Source: Basidiobolus meristosporus CBS 931.73 (lineage: Eukaryota > Fungi > Basidiobolomycota). Taken from it: 59,759 nt of DNA. The stretch is taken from contig MCFE01000547.1 in the NCBI GenBank assembly GCA_002104905.1, positions 1 to 59,759 of the forward strand, in the 5' to 3' direction. The position numbers and the translations under genes were made by a program. The notes beneath the pieces were generated by a model that did no database searches, had not been told where the DNA came from, and saw only the letters and a list, made by a program, of their open reading frames with translations. How positions within the stretch are numbered: the stretch's first letter is position 1; the number at the start of each line of letters is the position of its first letter. Positions 1-11,870 of the stretch are shown here, piece after piece.

Positions 1-186
1 TGTAGTTCAATAGTTTTCCCTTGACAAGCTTGAGGCTTTATCCCCCATCACATTAGATTAGATAAAAGACCCAGTATTCCTAGCAAGCTTTTGCCAGAGG
101 TTATTGCACCCAGTAAACACCCCACACACATTCACACTTGAGAAGTGTTGGCCGTATTTTGCCCTTTGGACTTATACACCACCACA
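1..186 (+). repeat. LTR-A, 3' end (cut by window start)
   Basis: Matches the 3' end of the ~1.07-kb repeat at 8633-9699 and 51195-52263. Ends ...CACCACCACA at 186, followed by ACGT (187-190) and CACTA accessory-gene sequence. Confidence 0.85.
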
Positions 187-308
187 ACGTATTATCTGCT
201 CATCCTGTTTCTGGACTACTTCCTGATTTCTCTGGGCCATTGCATCTATCCAATCAGCCACTGCACCTAATTGCTTCATTAATGCTTTGGTATGAGTCGA
301 CAACATAC
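187..308 (-). pseudogene. CACTA accessory-gene fragment (coiled-coil region)
   Basis: Homologous to 3780-3905, 29285-29412 and 52520-52640. Confidence 0.7.
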
Positions 309-828
309 TGTTATGAATAGACACAAGACAGGAGGAAAAGCTAGGCATGGCAGGAAAGGACTTAGGTGTGGACCATCAAGGCAAGGCAGGATTCAAGGCA
401 AGGCTGTTTATTCAAGACCTGTGTTTATCAGACTGAGGAATACTTATGGGGGGATAGGACTATATATGCTTTTTGGCTATACTGATGCCAAGAGATATTG
501 GCAAATACTAATGGGGTTGTGGGGTGAGGCACAGCAATTGTGCTGGGGATAATGACATAGATGACACGGCACTGAAACCAGATGGGGAAATGGGTTGGAT
601 CACCTGATCATGTGACTAAATCATGTGATCTGGTATTTTCATCATGGTACTGGACTATGAGAAATACAATGGGAAGCTTCCATGGAATGTTCCATTGTGT
701 AACAATGGTTTGGAATGGTCAGGAACTTTCTGGCAGGTGGTAGAAGGTTCCAGAAGGAATCTCTTAGAAATTGAGCTAGGAAGCTGAAACTTGGCATGGG
801 TGTTCATGGCTGTCATGTGATCATGACA
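309..828 (-). repeat. LTR-C, 3' LTR of the chromovirus (520 bp)
   Basis: Minus strand TGTCATGATCAC...TTCATAACA, directly after the pol stop and PPT. Related copy at 20133-20590. Confidence 0.85.
743..755. promoter_or_regulatory. Heat-shock-element-like array in LTR-C
   Basis: GAAggTTCcaGAA = three alternating nGAAn units. Confidence 0.45.
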
Positions 829-1030
829 CTATTCTCCTCTTCCAGGCAAAGCTCTGTTTCCCTTTGGGGCAGGTTTTGCAGGATATTGCTGGTGGAACTG
901 GGTCACTAGTTCTTGACAATTAGTGAGATGGGTAGCTGGTTCCCATGTTTGGTCACTTGGACCATAGCCAATCCAGTCTACTAAGTAGTACAGCTTTGAC
1001 CGGATATACTTGGAGTCTAGAATCTGTTTA
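829..1030 (-). pseudogene. Integrase C-terminal chromodomain (frameshifted) ending at the PPT
   Basis: After restoring a 1-nt frameshift near 1020 the frame reads ILDSKYIRSKLYYLVDWIGYGPSDQTWEPATHLTNC (chromodomain YLVxWxGY...TWEP). GGAAGAGGAGAA PPT at 832-843, stop at 829-831. Confidence 0.85.
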
Positions 1031-2108
1031 CTTCAAATTCTTGATGTTGGTCAACCTGGATGGCTTGGGGCTTTGCTTTGTGCTGGTTTGGCAAGGTGTT
1101 CCTACAATATGGCTCCAGGAGGGACACATGGAAAGTATTGTGGATTTTCATACTTGCTGGTAACTGTAGCTGATATACTATAGGGCTAAGTGCCTTCTTG
1201 ATCTTGAAAGAACCAAGTTTCTTGAAATCCAATTTGTCACAAGGGTGGTTGGTGCTGATGTTTCTTCTGAGCAACCATACAGAGTCTCCTTCATTAAGAT
1301 CAGGGCTGGGATGGTATTTTAGATTGGCAAATTTCTTGTAGCTTTCCTGAGCTAAGGATAGCTCTTCCTTGAGGGTATTCTGGATGTCCTGGATTGCTTG
1401 GGCATGTTCAGCTGCATGTGGGCTCATTGGGTTTGTTGGAATCTGGATATCAAACTGAGGGTGGAATCCATAGTTTGCATACAATGGTGTGAGACCGGTT
1501 GCACAATGGCTTGAGTTGTTGTAGGCAAACTCAGCAACAGGTAGTAGAACAACCCAATTGTCTTGCTGGTAGCTGATATAGCACCGGAGGTATTGCTCTA
1601 GAATCTGGTTGATTCTTTCAGTCTGGCCATCAGATTGAGGATGGAAGGCAGTGGAGAGTTTGACATGAACACCAAGGTATTGCATGAAGTGTTTCCAAAA
1701 CTTGGACACAAACTTTGGGCCTCTATCTGACACAATATCACTGGGGATACCATGAAGGCAGAAAATATTCTTGAGGACTAACTCAGCGGTTTCTTTTGCA
1801 TCAGTGTTCTTACAGCAAGGGATAAAGTGAGCCATCTTGGTCAGCCAGTCAGCTACTACAAGTATAGCATTGAAGCCACAGGACTCAGGGAGGTCAGTAA
1901 TGAAGTCCATAGATATAGATCTCCATTGGTGTTCTGGGATAGGCAAGGGCTGAAGAAGTCCATAGGGCTGGTGTCTGGCTGGTTCTGCATGGTTGCAAAT
2001 ATCACAAGTCAGAATGTACTCTTTGATAAGAGTTATCATTCTAGGCCACCAGAAATATCTTTTGATAGCATTCAAGGTTTTGGCATTACCAAAGTGGCCT
2101 GCGGCCAT
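1017..2108 (-). CDS. Ty3/Gypsy integrase fragment (chromovirus type)
   Basis: GHFG...YFWWP...CDIC zinc finger; SMDFI, SDRG and QTERIN catalytic D,D,E motifs. Confidence 0.9.
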   Translation of the reverse strand: MAAGHFGNAKTLNAIKRYFWWPRMITLIKEYILTCDICNHAEPARHQPYGLLQPLPIPEHQWRSISMDFITDLPESCGFNAILVVADWLTKMAHFIPCCKNTDAKETAELVLKNIFCLHGIPSDIVSDRGPKFVSKFWKHFMQYLGVHVKLSTAFHPQSDGQTERINQILEQYLRCYISYQQDNWVVLLPVAEFAYNNSSHCATGLTPLYANYGFHPQFDIQIPTNPMSPHAAEHAQAIQDIQNTLKEELSLAQESYKKFANLKYHPSPDLNEGDSVWLLRRNISTNHPCDKLDFKKLGSFKIKKALSPIVYQLQLPASMKIHNTFHVSLLEPYCRNTLPNQHKAKPQAIQVDQHQEFEVNRF

Positions 2109-2182
2109 TGAATCATGCCAAGACTTAATGATGTCTAGCTGGGTGGCAAGGTCTGGGACATAAAGCTGCTGCTTGTGCTAGA

Positions 2183-3290
2183 TCAGGTTTTTACCAAATG
2201 TAGGTTCTGGATGTTTGGGAACTTGGGAGGGGGCCCAACTGGGGATTCCAGATATTTCTTGATGGTGCTGGAGGTCATATCAGTAGCTTGGGATTCTGAT
2301 ATCCTTACTAGGAATGAAGGGATGACAAGACTTGAGGACTGGGTGGCAAGAATCTCAAAATGTTTCTTGCTCAGCAATGGGTGTTCTATTTGCCAACAGG
2401 CATCATCTCCCTCTTCCAGGGCATATTCATTTTTTCTGGACCAGGCATCAGGCTTTCCTTGCTTTGCACCAGGTCTATAGGTGACAATAAAGTCAAAGCT
2501 GGACAGGAAGAGTGACCATCTGGCTTGTCTCCAGTTTAGTACTTTGGAAGTTGCAAAGTACTTGAGGTTCTTATGGTCACAGAAGATTTTGATTTTGTGT
2601 TTTGCGCCATCCAGGCAGTGTCTCCATTGCTCAAAGGCTACAATGATGGCAAGCAACTCCTTATCATAGATATCAGAGTTGATCTCTGCAGGGGAAAACT
2701 TCCAAGAGTGGAATGCAATGGGGTGCAACACATTGTCCCTATCATACTGGGAGAGTATGGCACCAAGGGCAAAATCAGAAGCATCAGTCTCCACTATGAA
2801 TTGCTTCTCAAGGTCAGGGTGGGCAAGCAGGGGGGCCTTCAGGAAAGATTTCTTGAGTTGGCTGAATGAGCTGGATTGCTCCTCAATCCAGCCAAAAGGT
2901 GTGTTCCTCTGGGTAAGCTTTGTCAGAGGGGTGACTATCTTGGAGTAGTTGGCTATGAATCTACAATAGAAGTTGGCAAATCCCAGGAAGGATTGTACTT
3001 CCTTGACTGAGCTTGGAGTTATCCAGGATTGGACTGAGTGAACTTTCTTTGAGTCCATTCTTGTTCCCTCAGGGCTGATGAGGTAACCAAGAAATTCCAC
3101 TTCTCTCTGGTCAAATTCACACTTCTCTAGCTTGGCATAGAGACCAGCCAAGCCTAGTTTTCTCAATACTTTCTTGACATGTTCATCATGTTCATCTTGG
3201 CTCCTGGAGTATATGAGAATATCATTAAGGTAGATTACCACAAACTGGTCAAGGTATTCACGGAATATGTTGTTCATGAGGTGTTGCACC
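2183..3290 (-). CDS. Ty3/Gypsy RT (C-terminal part) and RNase H fragment
   Basis: YLNDILIYS (decayed YLDD), KCEF, FLGFANFY, TDASDFALGAILSQ, KELLAI, DHKNL. The first ~40 aa of the track ORF (3291-3415) are read-in from CACTA DNA. Confidence 0.9.
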
Positions 3291-4540
3291 ATTGCTCTTC
3301 TGCCTTTGACAGTTTCTGCTATTCCTGAGATACTTTCATAGCATGCCAATGCTGGCCCAAAAACCATTTGCTTGTTTGAGTCCAGGAGAAAACTCATGAA
3401 GCAGGTCAAGCACATTCTGCTTGGCCTTGAGTTCCTGATGGTCCCATGGTATGCTGGCCTTAAGGTATTGGCATGCCAGACTTCTAACAGCTCTTGAATA
3501 TTGACCTGCTCTTCATCATTGCACTCAACAGCTTCACAATATTCAATGTCATTTAATCTTCAGGCTTTGGTATAAGCAATACATTTTCTCCATCCCATGC
3601 TGAGATAGGTACTTCTGTTGGCTTTATCTTTTGGCACTATTGTTGTGCTTCAGAGACTGTATGGTGTTCCTCTGCTGTTACATTGGGAAATGGCTCAATT
3701 CTTAGCTATGACATAGAGCTATTTGAGTTCTTTCTTTGCAGCAAAGATACTGATTTCACCACCTGGGGTATTGATTGCACTACATGTATTGTCTGCTCAT
3801 CTTGTTTCTGGACTATTTCCTGATTTCTGTAGGCCATTGCATCTATCCTATCAGCCACTGCACCTAATTGCGTCATCAATGCTTTGATATGAGCTGACAG
3901 CATACTTGCTAATACAAGTGGTGGTGATGTTATGCCTGCCACTGGCTGGTCTATAACTGAAGGTATGGCTTTTGCTACATTCTCATTTGCCAAAGTAATA
4001 TGATCAACTTGCAGATCCACAGAGATTGCCAATTGCCCACTTGGCCAAGAGCACAAAGAGTCTGCATTGTTCACTTGAGTGGGCCCACTGACCACAGGGC
4101 CTTTTTTAGTTGTAGCCCTGCTTGCTGCACTGAATGTCAAATCAAGCTGTTGTCTAACCATTCCTCTGCTGCAGTCAGTGATGGGGCTGGTTGGGAACCA
4201 GACAACTTTGCTTTATTTTTGGTGGCATACATACGCAAGTGAGTCAAACCAAAGGGGAAATGGTGTAACATATACATGTGTATGTGGTGCCACAACTTTA
4301 TTTCTAATGCTTACTATGGTGGGTCATCATTGAATCTTACATTTATTGAAGTTCAATGTCTCAAATGCAAGACTGTTTGAAATTCACATGAGTGTTGCCA
4401 AAAAAGTGATATAATAGCATTAATTGTTGAGTGCCAAACTGTTTGCCAATGGACAAGACATATTTTGTTCACTGCTGTAAGAGAAGAGAAAAAAGACCAT
4501 ATAGCTATTGTGGCAAGCCTCTTAGCCATGAAGCAGAACA
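3291..4540. mobile_element. CACTA/EnSpm fragment: 5' half of accessory gene (-), intergenic region, transposase start (+)
   Basis: Homologous to 28800-30050 and 50980-58000. Accessory ATG ~4228 (-), transposase ATG 4449 (+) followed by KRREKRPYSYCGKPLSHEA. Confidence 0.75.
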
Positions 4541-4589
4541 GAGCCTACTCTCTGGAAAGATGATTCAGATAATGCAATTGGTGGGGCAA

Positions 4590-4788
4590 TTATTGAAAAG
4601 GTCTTCAGCAAGCTTGGAGAGAACATGCCACATGACCAAATTGCATAATATGAATTCTTAGTGGAACACATTGAATATTGGGGACTTTTAGTGACTAGCA
4701 CAGGAGTCACATTATACTCTAACAAGGTGGAAGTCATCAAGATTCTGAAGCAACCCATATTATATCAGAGCTCTGAGCATTCCTTGAA
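4590..4788 (+). pseudogene. Gypsy-B RT fragment
   Basis: EHIEYWG..VTSTGVTL..NKVEVIKILKQP matches 36190-36330 (minus strand). Confidence 0.75.
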
Positions 4789-4974
4789 ACTAGACTTGTT
4801 CTGTTGGATAGTACCACATAGTGCCAGCCAGTTTATAGTGCCAGATCAATCTGGCACCTTATGGCACTATCTGGCTCTATAATTTCTACCATGATGACAG
4901 TGGTATGATACAGTTACTGGTAATTTTGCTGAATCTTACTTATGTTGCTCCGATTAGTGCTTTCCTTGCTTTAT

Positions 4975-5859
4975 TTACTCTTCATAATGCTCCAGACACA
5001 TTTCTCTCAGTGAATGTTGTCTTGTATGAGCATACAGTGCATTAATAGGTATCTTAACTACTTTACCTATTCTGCTGTTTTCTCCTATATATGACTTTCC
5101 TCTGTATTTACCTGCCAATATGCTGAATCTCTTCTGATATCCAAATGTGTGCTCTACCCTCACTCCAAAATGATTAAATTTCTCATTGTAGAGCTTCTGC
5201 TTCCTGCTAAGCACACCATTTCTTGGCTTCCTATAAGCTGTAATACATCCTAATCTGTGATAATCCTCTCCTATATAGGTTAAGTCTGCCATACATTTCT
5301 CCCCTTTACTAAATTCAGGATGATTCTCTACCCAGAGTGCTTTGTCATGCCTACTCTCAGCAAATGGCCCACTAAAACAGATGATGTTACCCTCAATGTC
5401 AGATGGTGCTTGAAACTTCACACTGTATACCTTGTACTTGCCAGAATAATAGTGCCTCTGCCCTCTAGAAGGTCTGTTAATCCTCACTGGGAAGGTATCC
5501 AAAATACTCCAGATATGGAACCTGTTGCTGAACACTCTGGAATATGGAAGTCTGTTGGAGCTTCTGAACCTAGTATTCCAAGCTTGCTCTAAGTCATTCA
5601 TACCCTCTGCAAGGTGGTTCTCCATTGCTGTCAGCTGGGAATGAAAGCTTCTAGAGCTTTTGTTGCCATGGATGGTGGGATGAAACCTTGTGGGGCAATA
5701 GTTCTTGTAATAGCAGAGAAGCTTAACAAGGGATCTCCTTGAGTAGATTGGGGTTGATGGTCCACAGTACTTGGAATAGATTTCCTCTAGTGTGTCAAAA
5801 GGAAATCCAGTGGTAGTGATGGGATTTATGAGAAAAGACCATTCAGATAAGTAAGTCAT
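4975..5859 (-). CDS. DDE_Tnp_4-type (PIF/Harbinger-like) transposase, 294 aa open frame
   Basis: ILDTFPVRINRP, YSGKYK, GPFAESRHD, MADLTYIG, RVEHTFG give a D-D-E triad typical of IS5/PIF-Harbinger nucleases. Confidence 0.85.
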   Translation of the reverse strand: MTYLSEWSFLINPITTTGFPFDTLEEIYSKYCGPSTPIYSRRSLVKLLCYYKNYCPTRFHPTIHGNKSSRSFHSQLTAMENHLAEGMNDLEQAWNTRFRSSNRLPYSRVFSNRFHIWSILDTFPVRINRPSRGQRHYYSGKYKVYSVKFQAPSDIEGNIICFSGPFAESRHDKALWVENHPEFSKGEKCMADLTYIGEDYHRLGCITAYRKPRNGVLSRKQKLYNEKFNHFGVRVEHTFGYQKRFSILAGKYRGKSYIGENSRIGKVVKIPINALYAHTRQHSLREMCLEHYEE

Positions 5860-6121
5860 ATTAAAATTGGTGGATGATTGTATGGAGGTGGTTTGAATTG
5901 ATTTGGCACAATCTGCGTTATTTATCTGATTTTTAATGCATTATGATTAAATCTCCATCAATTGCCATATATCCCATCATTATGTTGCAAATATCATCCG
6001 CTAACAATGCCTGGGTACTTTTATTGATGCATTACTCATAGGTCTATAATCAAATAGGAAGTCTGTGATTGATGTGATCTGATCCATATCAACGCAATCC
6101 AAGATGCATCATGCATAATAT

Positions 6122-7447
6122 ATGGAAAATTCAGTAATCCCATTAGTTTTCATATATATTTCATATAAGCCCAGGTTATTCCCATTATACTGCTGTATAA
6201 GTATCCAAATCTGTTGCTATGGTCCCCATACCAAGTCTTATGCATCTTTAGTACAACCCAGACAAAACCTATCCCCCAGCTCACAAGCATGGTCTAGACC
6301 AGAAAAGTCAATGTTAGATCCATTCAAGTTCTTGCCAAATGATTTTAGTATAGCCCAAGTGTCTATGATGAGCCTTCATACAGATATTTGAGCACTGCTG
6401 ATTAATCTAGCAGAACTAGATACCTCAAAGAGTTGACAAAGATAGAAGAATTTGAGTAGAAAGCTGTGGTATGAGTTCTACATCAAGATGCCAGCCAATA
6501 TATGTAAGAAGATATATAACAAGAGAAGTATTGAAATCAAAAATGAGCTGAGGGTGAGGGGATTTGACAAAGAAGCCATGCAGGAACAATTTTTAACGCA
6601 ATTTGCACAACATGGGCTGGATGTATCTGTTCATGCCTCAAATTTGGGAACCAAAGAGATTTTGAATGAGTTTTTGCCTCAAATGACAAATGTACTAAGT
6701 GATATACTAGTAGAACTAAGTGGCTTCTAAGAGCAATATACACAGGACTTATCCAGGCAACAGCTCTAAAGTATCAGACAGAGGGTAAGTGAATACCTTG
6801 AGGAATCCAATGGTGAGCTTCAGGAGGAAAAATACAGACTGCAAGCAACATTATCCAGATCATGCCAGCATGCCTTGCTGGATTCCTTACCATCTCTTGC
6901 AACCACAGTGCACCAGCACATGTCAGTCAAGACTACACCAGCACCCTTTACCAGAATGCCCCACATTGAGTCAACGTGCACTCTTCAGAGCAAAACTACC
7001 AGAACTTGCCAAACTGCTCATTTAGACACAAGTCCATTGGAGCAGACCAAGTTGCATCAACATGCAGTATCACATCAAACCCAGCCAAGGGCCATCTCAA
7101 TGCGTCAAGTTGCACCTGCGCATGCCATTTTGCCTGGCCATTGGCAAGTTACTTCCGGTGAACTGACTGATAATGACCCACATGAAGTGCCTCCACCTCT
7201 GGATCCTGTGGCAAGTAAAAGAATGCGTAAGTATGTAGCACTGCAGGCCAGCTCAGTTGCATCATTGGGAGCAATTCAGCATGGTCAAGCTGCAGCATTG
7301 CACTCATCAACTAGGAGGCAAAATACTGACTACAAATACACAAGTAGCCAAGAGGATAGTCAACAAGAAAGTAGTTTAGGTGTGCAAAGTGAATCACTAC
7401 AAAATGCTTCAGTAGTAATCCCTGTGAGAAAAAAGCCTAGTAGATGA
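6122..7447 (+). pseudogene. PHIS ORF2 (accessory, probable DNA-binding protein), disrupted by stops
   Basis: One frame interrupted by stops (track ORFs 6122-6391, 6452-6730, 6875-7447); QR(W)KNLSRKLW motif; basic C-terminus PVRKKPSR; homologue at 12909-14249. True start uncertain. Confidence 0.65.
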
Positions 7448-8188
7448 TGAGATTACATTGAATTGCTATTACTTGTAATGATGCAAACAACACATTTTTT
7501 TTTGCAAGTTGCTTCAAACCATTGCAAATCAGTGATCACTAAATTTTAATATAAGCAATATCAAGGTTGTCTCACATTTGAGACAGCACCCTCATAAATA
7601 AACACCCAGCATATGTATACATCATCTGTGGCACCAGTGCAGCTATTTGATCTGATTTGCACCTATAAAATTGGTCATATGCTAGCTATGACACCTTGTC
7701 CAATCACTATGATCAGGGATTTACTTCTTAATGGGCCAATGGGATACTTGATGGCAAATCAGGTAGCTTGTGTATTGGTCCATGGGCCAATTGGGGGTTG
7801 ACATCTTCAGGATACTTTTGGACCAATTAACCACTGAGATACCATCCAATTGGAGTGATGGTAACATAAATGGTAAGTATCAGTGTAGTTTATAGTGCAA
7901 TACACATTTATTTCCATTTACATTAAAGAAACATATCCAAATACCAGGTTTTACCTACCATTATAGCGGTATTCAATTGCGCACGTGTTGTGAACATTAC
8001 AAGTGGGCACAATCATTTGTGCTAACCTCATTGTGTCAGATTGTGCCATAGTGTGCAAGACCATCTCACATAGTGCAAAAGCATCCAAGAGCAATTCTGC
8101 CAACTGGTAGCTACAATATTGCATCCAATCATTCTTAAAGACTGTGGATTGCGCTGCACACCCTGGCACAGTACAATGGAACAAGTCT

Positions 8189-8325
8189 AATATATAGGAA
8201 AACTAATATGATTGTTGCGTTTTTCATATGTGATGCTTGATGCATCTTGGATTGAATTGACACAGATCAGATCACATTCATTCCAGATTTCCTATTATAT
8301 TATACACTTATTTACATACTGGGTG
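8189..8325. repeat. Remnant of a third, older PHIS copy (intergenic segment)
   Basis: Homologous to 14210-14330. Confidence 0.6.
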
Positions 8326-8327
8326 AG

Positions 8328-9963
8328 GGTCCTTTGAGATGACAATGTACTAAAGCTTCTAAGGTCAAAACAACGGTAAACTCCACCAGCAGGGACCTGA
8401 TAGGAATGCAGCTGTGATCAATAGTGACACAGACCAAAAAGTGTCTTTGCCTGTGCAAGAACAAACTTGGGACGGAATAAAATATTATAAAAGAAACCTA
8501 CTCTGAGTATTCTTCACAAGTAGTGCCTTCAAGGTTGGTAGCGGTCAGTGCAGTTTTCTGGGAGTCTGTGTAACATAGGGATGCCATATACAGTATGAAT
8601 ATGGTAGGGAGAGTGACACGGTTTGGTTACATTATAGTGGGGTCACAGTGACACCCACAGACAGATGTGCTCATTCACATATTTTCTACTTCCCTATTTC
8701 TCTACAACACCTATTTAGTTTTATCCCATTTATCTTACCTGATCAGTACTATCCCATAAGCCTGTTGATTATCACACCTGCTTACCTTATTGCATAGGTT
8801 ATCCCTCACTATATGTCAGATTACTAGCTGTAGGCGCTTCTATATTAGGCAAGTACCAGTGCCAGTACCCATGATACATGGTCAACCCATATCACCATCC
8901 CTACTATTCCATACCATATATAATATCCCTATGTTACACAGTTTCAGGGTACTGATTCCTGATTGGTTGGATGTGCTGTGGCTCTTAGAAACTTCCGGCA
9001 CCTACTTAGAATACCCTTAGCTCATTCTGATGTGATTAAGATCTCTATTGATCTCCAGAACCTTTTGCAACACCATGATTAGTAATCACTTAGCCAGTAA
9101 GAAATGTATATAAGGGAGGCAATACCTCAACAATAAATCATTATCCCTTTTATCAATATACCAACTTGTTGATCAATGTGATCACTGCCACCTGCTCCTA
9201 CCTGAACTTCCAATCCTAGACCACAGGACACTCCCAGGAAACTGCACTGACAGCCAACTGACCTTGGAGGCACTACTTGTGAGGAATACTCAGAGTAGGT
9301 ATATTTTATTATATTTGATTCTTTCCAGAGTATGTTCTTGTGCAGGAAAAGATACCTACTCTCTTTGTTACTATTGCCCACAGCTGCATTCTTATCAAGT
9401 CCCTGCTGGTGGAGCTGACAGAGGTTTTGACTTTGGAAGCTTTAGTACATTGTCATCTCAAAGGTGGCTGAACCCAGCACATACTTTTGTTAAGATGCCA
9501 ACTAAGTTGGGGATTGTGATCAATAGCTCTCCCTTGACAAGTTTGGGGCTTTATTTCCCATCACATTATATTACAGACAGAACATAAGTATACTTAGCAA
9601 GCTTTTGCCAGAGGTCATTGCACCCAGTGAACACCCCACACACAAAACACTTGAGAAGTGTTGGATGCATCTCTCCCTTGGGACCTATACATCACCACAG
9701 CATGTTTCCAAGGCAAGGTGGATTTCAGGTACAGGTGCAGATACCTGCTTATAATGAAGCACTTACATCATGTTATGTTACATGAAGTGAGGGATAACTT
9801 TTCCATAAGTTAAGCAGGTGCAATTGTCAGCCAGCTTATGGGAGAGTAATGATTAAGTAAGAAAAATGGGGTAACACTAAAATAAGGGTAGTAGAAACGT
9901 AGGGAAGTGGAAAATATGGCAATGAGAACATCTGCTAGTGGGTGTCACTGTGATTCCACTACA
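8328..9963 (-). repeat. LTR-A, reverse, truncated and internally deleted; hosts a forward LTR-A
   Basis: 8328-8632 and 9727-9963 are collinear reverse LTR-A pieces ending ...GATTCCACTACA; right flank CCGG. Confidence 0.75.
8633..9699 (+). repeat. LTR-A, full length (1067 bp)
   Basis: TATAGTGGGG (decayed TGTAGTGGGG)...CATCACCACA; TATA-like TATATAAG; flanks ACAT and GCAT. Confidence 0.85.
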
Positions 9964-9967
9964 CCGG

Positions 9968-11870
9968 GATGGTTTTGGCAAGAAGTAGAAGTAAATCCAC
10001 AAAGCCATGCAGCAGCAGAAGAGCAGTTGGTCAACAGCTTGCTTTCGCATTCAGTGAAATAAGTGGGGCTACAACCAAAAAAGGCCCTGTGGACAGTGGC
10101 CCACTGAAGGTAATGTGCAGACTCCTCAGGCTTTTGGTCATGTAGGCATTGGGAGTCTCTGTGAAGCTGCAAGCTGACCATAAAGCTGAGACAGATGAGG
10201 ATGTAGCAAAAGCAGTACCTTTAGTTGAAAGCCAGTGAGTGGCGGTCATAACATCACCACCACCCATATTAGCAAGTATGTTGTCAGCCTATACCAAAAT
10301 ATTGGTGAGGTAATTAGGAGCAGTAGCCAAAAGGATAGATGCAATTGCGCAGTGAAATCAGAAGATAGTCCAGTAACAGGATGAGTGGATTAAAAATGTA
10401 GAGCAATCAATATCATACATCAAGAAAGCAGTATCTTTGCCACATTGATAGACATAACAAGTGGTTTCATCACTTCTTCAAGTGTAGTGCTTAAGAAGAG
10501 GCACTTTAACATTGCAAAGATTTATTGCAAAGACTGGAAGATGAGATGCTGGACCTTACTGTGCTAGCTGAAGACCAGGACATATGTGAACCAGTGATCC
10601 AACAGTGGCATAGAGCCAAAGGGTTCCCACCAAAGCCATTGAAGCAGAGCATTATGGCAGAAATACTGATTGAGTAATAAATTTCAGTAGATTTACTTGT
10701 TGAGGGTAGGGTTGGACTCAATGTTAGTGTTGGCTACAGGGACTTGCATAGGTTGGCACAATTGACATTTGAGGTGCACCTGAGGATTCAATATAAATCT
10801 ATGATTTTGTATGTATGAGAAGCAAGAGAAATGGTTGGGTTAGGAAGTATGGAGTGTAAAAAGAAGCAATAGGCAATCCATGCACACAGATGTAGGAGGT
10901 GATAGAGTGTCTGCAATCAGATAGTGAGAAAGCTGGCAGAGAACCAATCAAAAATCACTGTGTCTTATGGTGATGAGAAATTTTGACTGTGTTTTTTGTG
11001 AGATCTGAGGACAGTAATTTTTTGACAGTCTGTGCATGGTACCCTGATGGGATCAATACTTGTTAATCAAGGGACTTTTAATGGACTTGTTCCGTTGGAT
11101 AGTGCCACATTGAGCCATGAGTGCCAAATAGTGCCATAGTGTGCCTGAGAGTCATAGCAGACCTAAACTTGGCCACAGAGTGTGGCATATAGTTCTGCTT
11201 ATTCATGCAAAGCAGCCCCTGTGTTTCACCTATGGTGCAGGAAAAAATCAATTTTTTAACCTTTTTTTTGGGATCAAAATTGTGCATGACATAAAAGAGC
11301 ACAGACAGACTGAAGATATGCATCCAGTACACAATACCCATGGCACTCTAAATCTAGCCCCACAGGCTTGTAGCATGTCACAAAAATGCATGGCACTATC
11401 TTGGTCCACTGGTACTATCTGGCACTATATTTAAATATTAGCCCTAAAGTAGAACCTATACAAAGCACTTATAGTGCCAGATAGTACCAGTGGACCAAGA
11501 TAGTGCCATGCATTTTTGTGACATGCTACAAGCCTGTGGGGCTAGATTTAGAGTGCCATGGGTATTATGTACTGGATGCATATCTTCAGTCTGTCTGTGC
11601 TCTATTACATCATGCACAATTTTGATCCCAAAAAAAAGGTAAAAAAATTGATTTTTTCCTGCACCATAGGTGAAACACAGGGGCTGCTTTGCATGAATAA
11701 GCAGAGCTATATGTCACACTCTGTGGCCAAGTTTAGGTCTGCTATGACTCTCAGGCACACTATGGCACTACTTGGCACTCATGGCTCAATGTGGCACTAT
11801 CCAACAGAACAAGTCTAATATGTGACAGCCTTTTAATGGGATCATCACAATAATATTCATACAGAATCAG
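9968..11870 (+). pseudogene. CACTA accessory-gene fragment, interrupted by the fold-back element
   Basis: Reverse-complement homologue of 3780-4160 and 27000-28000; continues across the AAT TSD (compare 24530-24600). Confidence 0.7.
11083..11816. mobile_element. Fold-back non-autonomous PHIS derivative, copy 1 (734 bp)
   Basis: ~347-bp inverted arms around a 40-bp loop (11431-11470); termini (A/G)GACTTGTTCYGTTGG; AAT TSD at 11080-11082 and 11817-11819. Confidence 0.9.

Larger units (their letters stand above)
309..3290 (-). mobile_element. 5'-truncated chromodomain-bearing Ty3/Gypsy (chromovirus) retrotransposon
   Basis: RT C-terminus, RNase H, integrase and chromodomain on minus strand, then PPT and 3' LTR. 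Breaks inside RT (QHLMNNIF) at ~3290 against CACTA sequence. Confidence 0.9.
4792..8188 (-). mobile_element. PHIS (PIF/Harbinger-superfamily, Pangu-like) DNA transposon, copy 1, 3397 bp
   Basis: 15-bp TIRs AGACTTGTTCYRTTG; flanks ACT and AAT (ANT); DDE transposase plus divergent second ORF; inverted homologue at 12167-15578. Confidence 0.85.

Noticed and set aside
11078-11818. Near-identical ~86-aa ORFs on opposite strands (also 42926-43132 and 43281-43541)
   Set aside because: Mirror artefact of the palindromic arms; no domain, and frames are not preserved between arms.
11080-11819. TA target duplication (Tc1/mariner-type MITE)
   Set aside because: Host continuity at 11083, 12167 and 42806 is restored only with a 3-bp ANT duplication, and the partner transposase is PIF/Harbinger-like.
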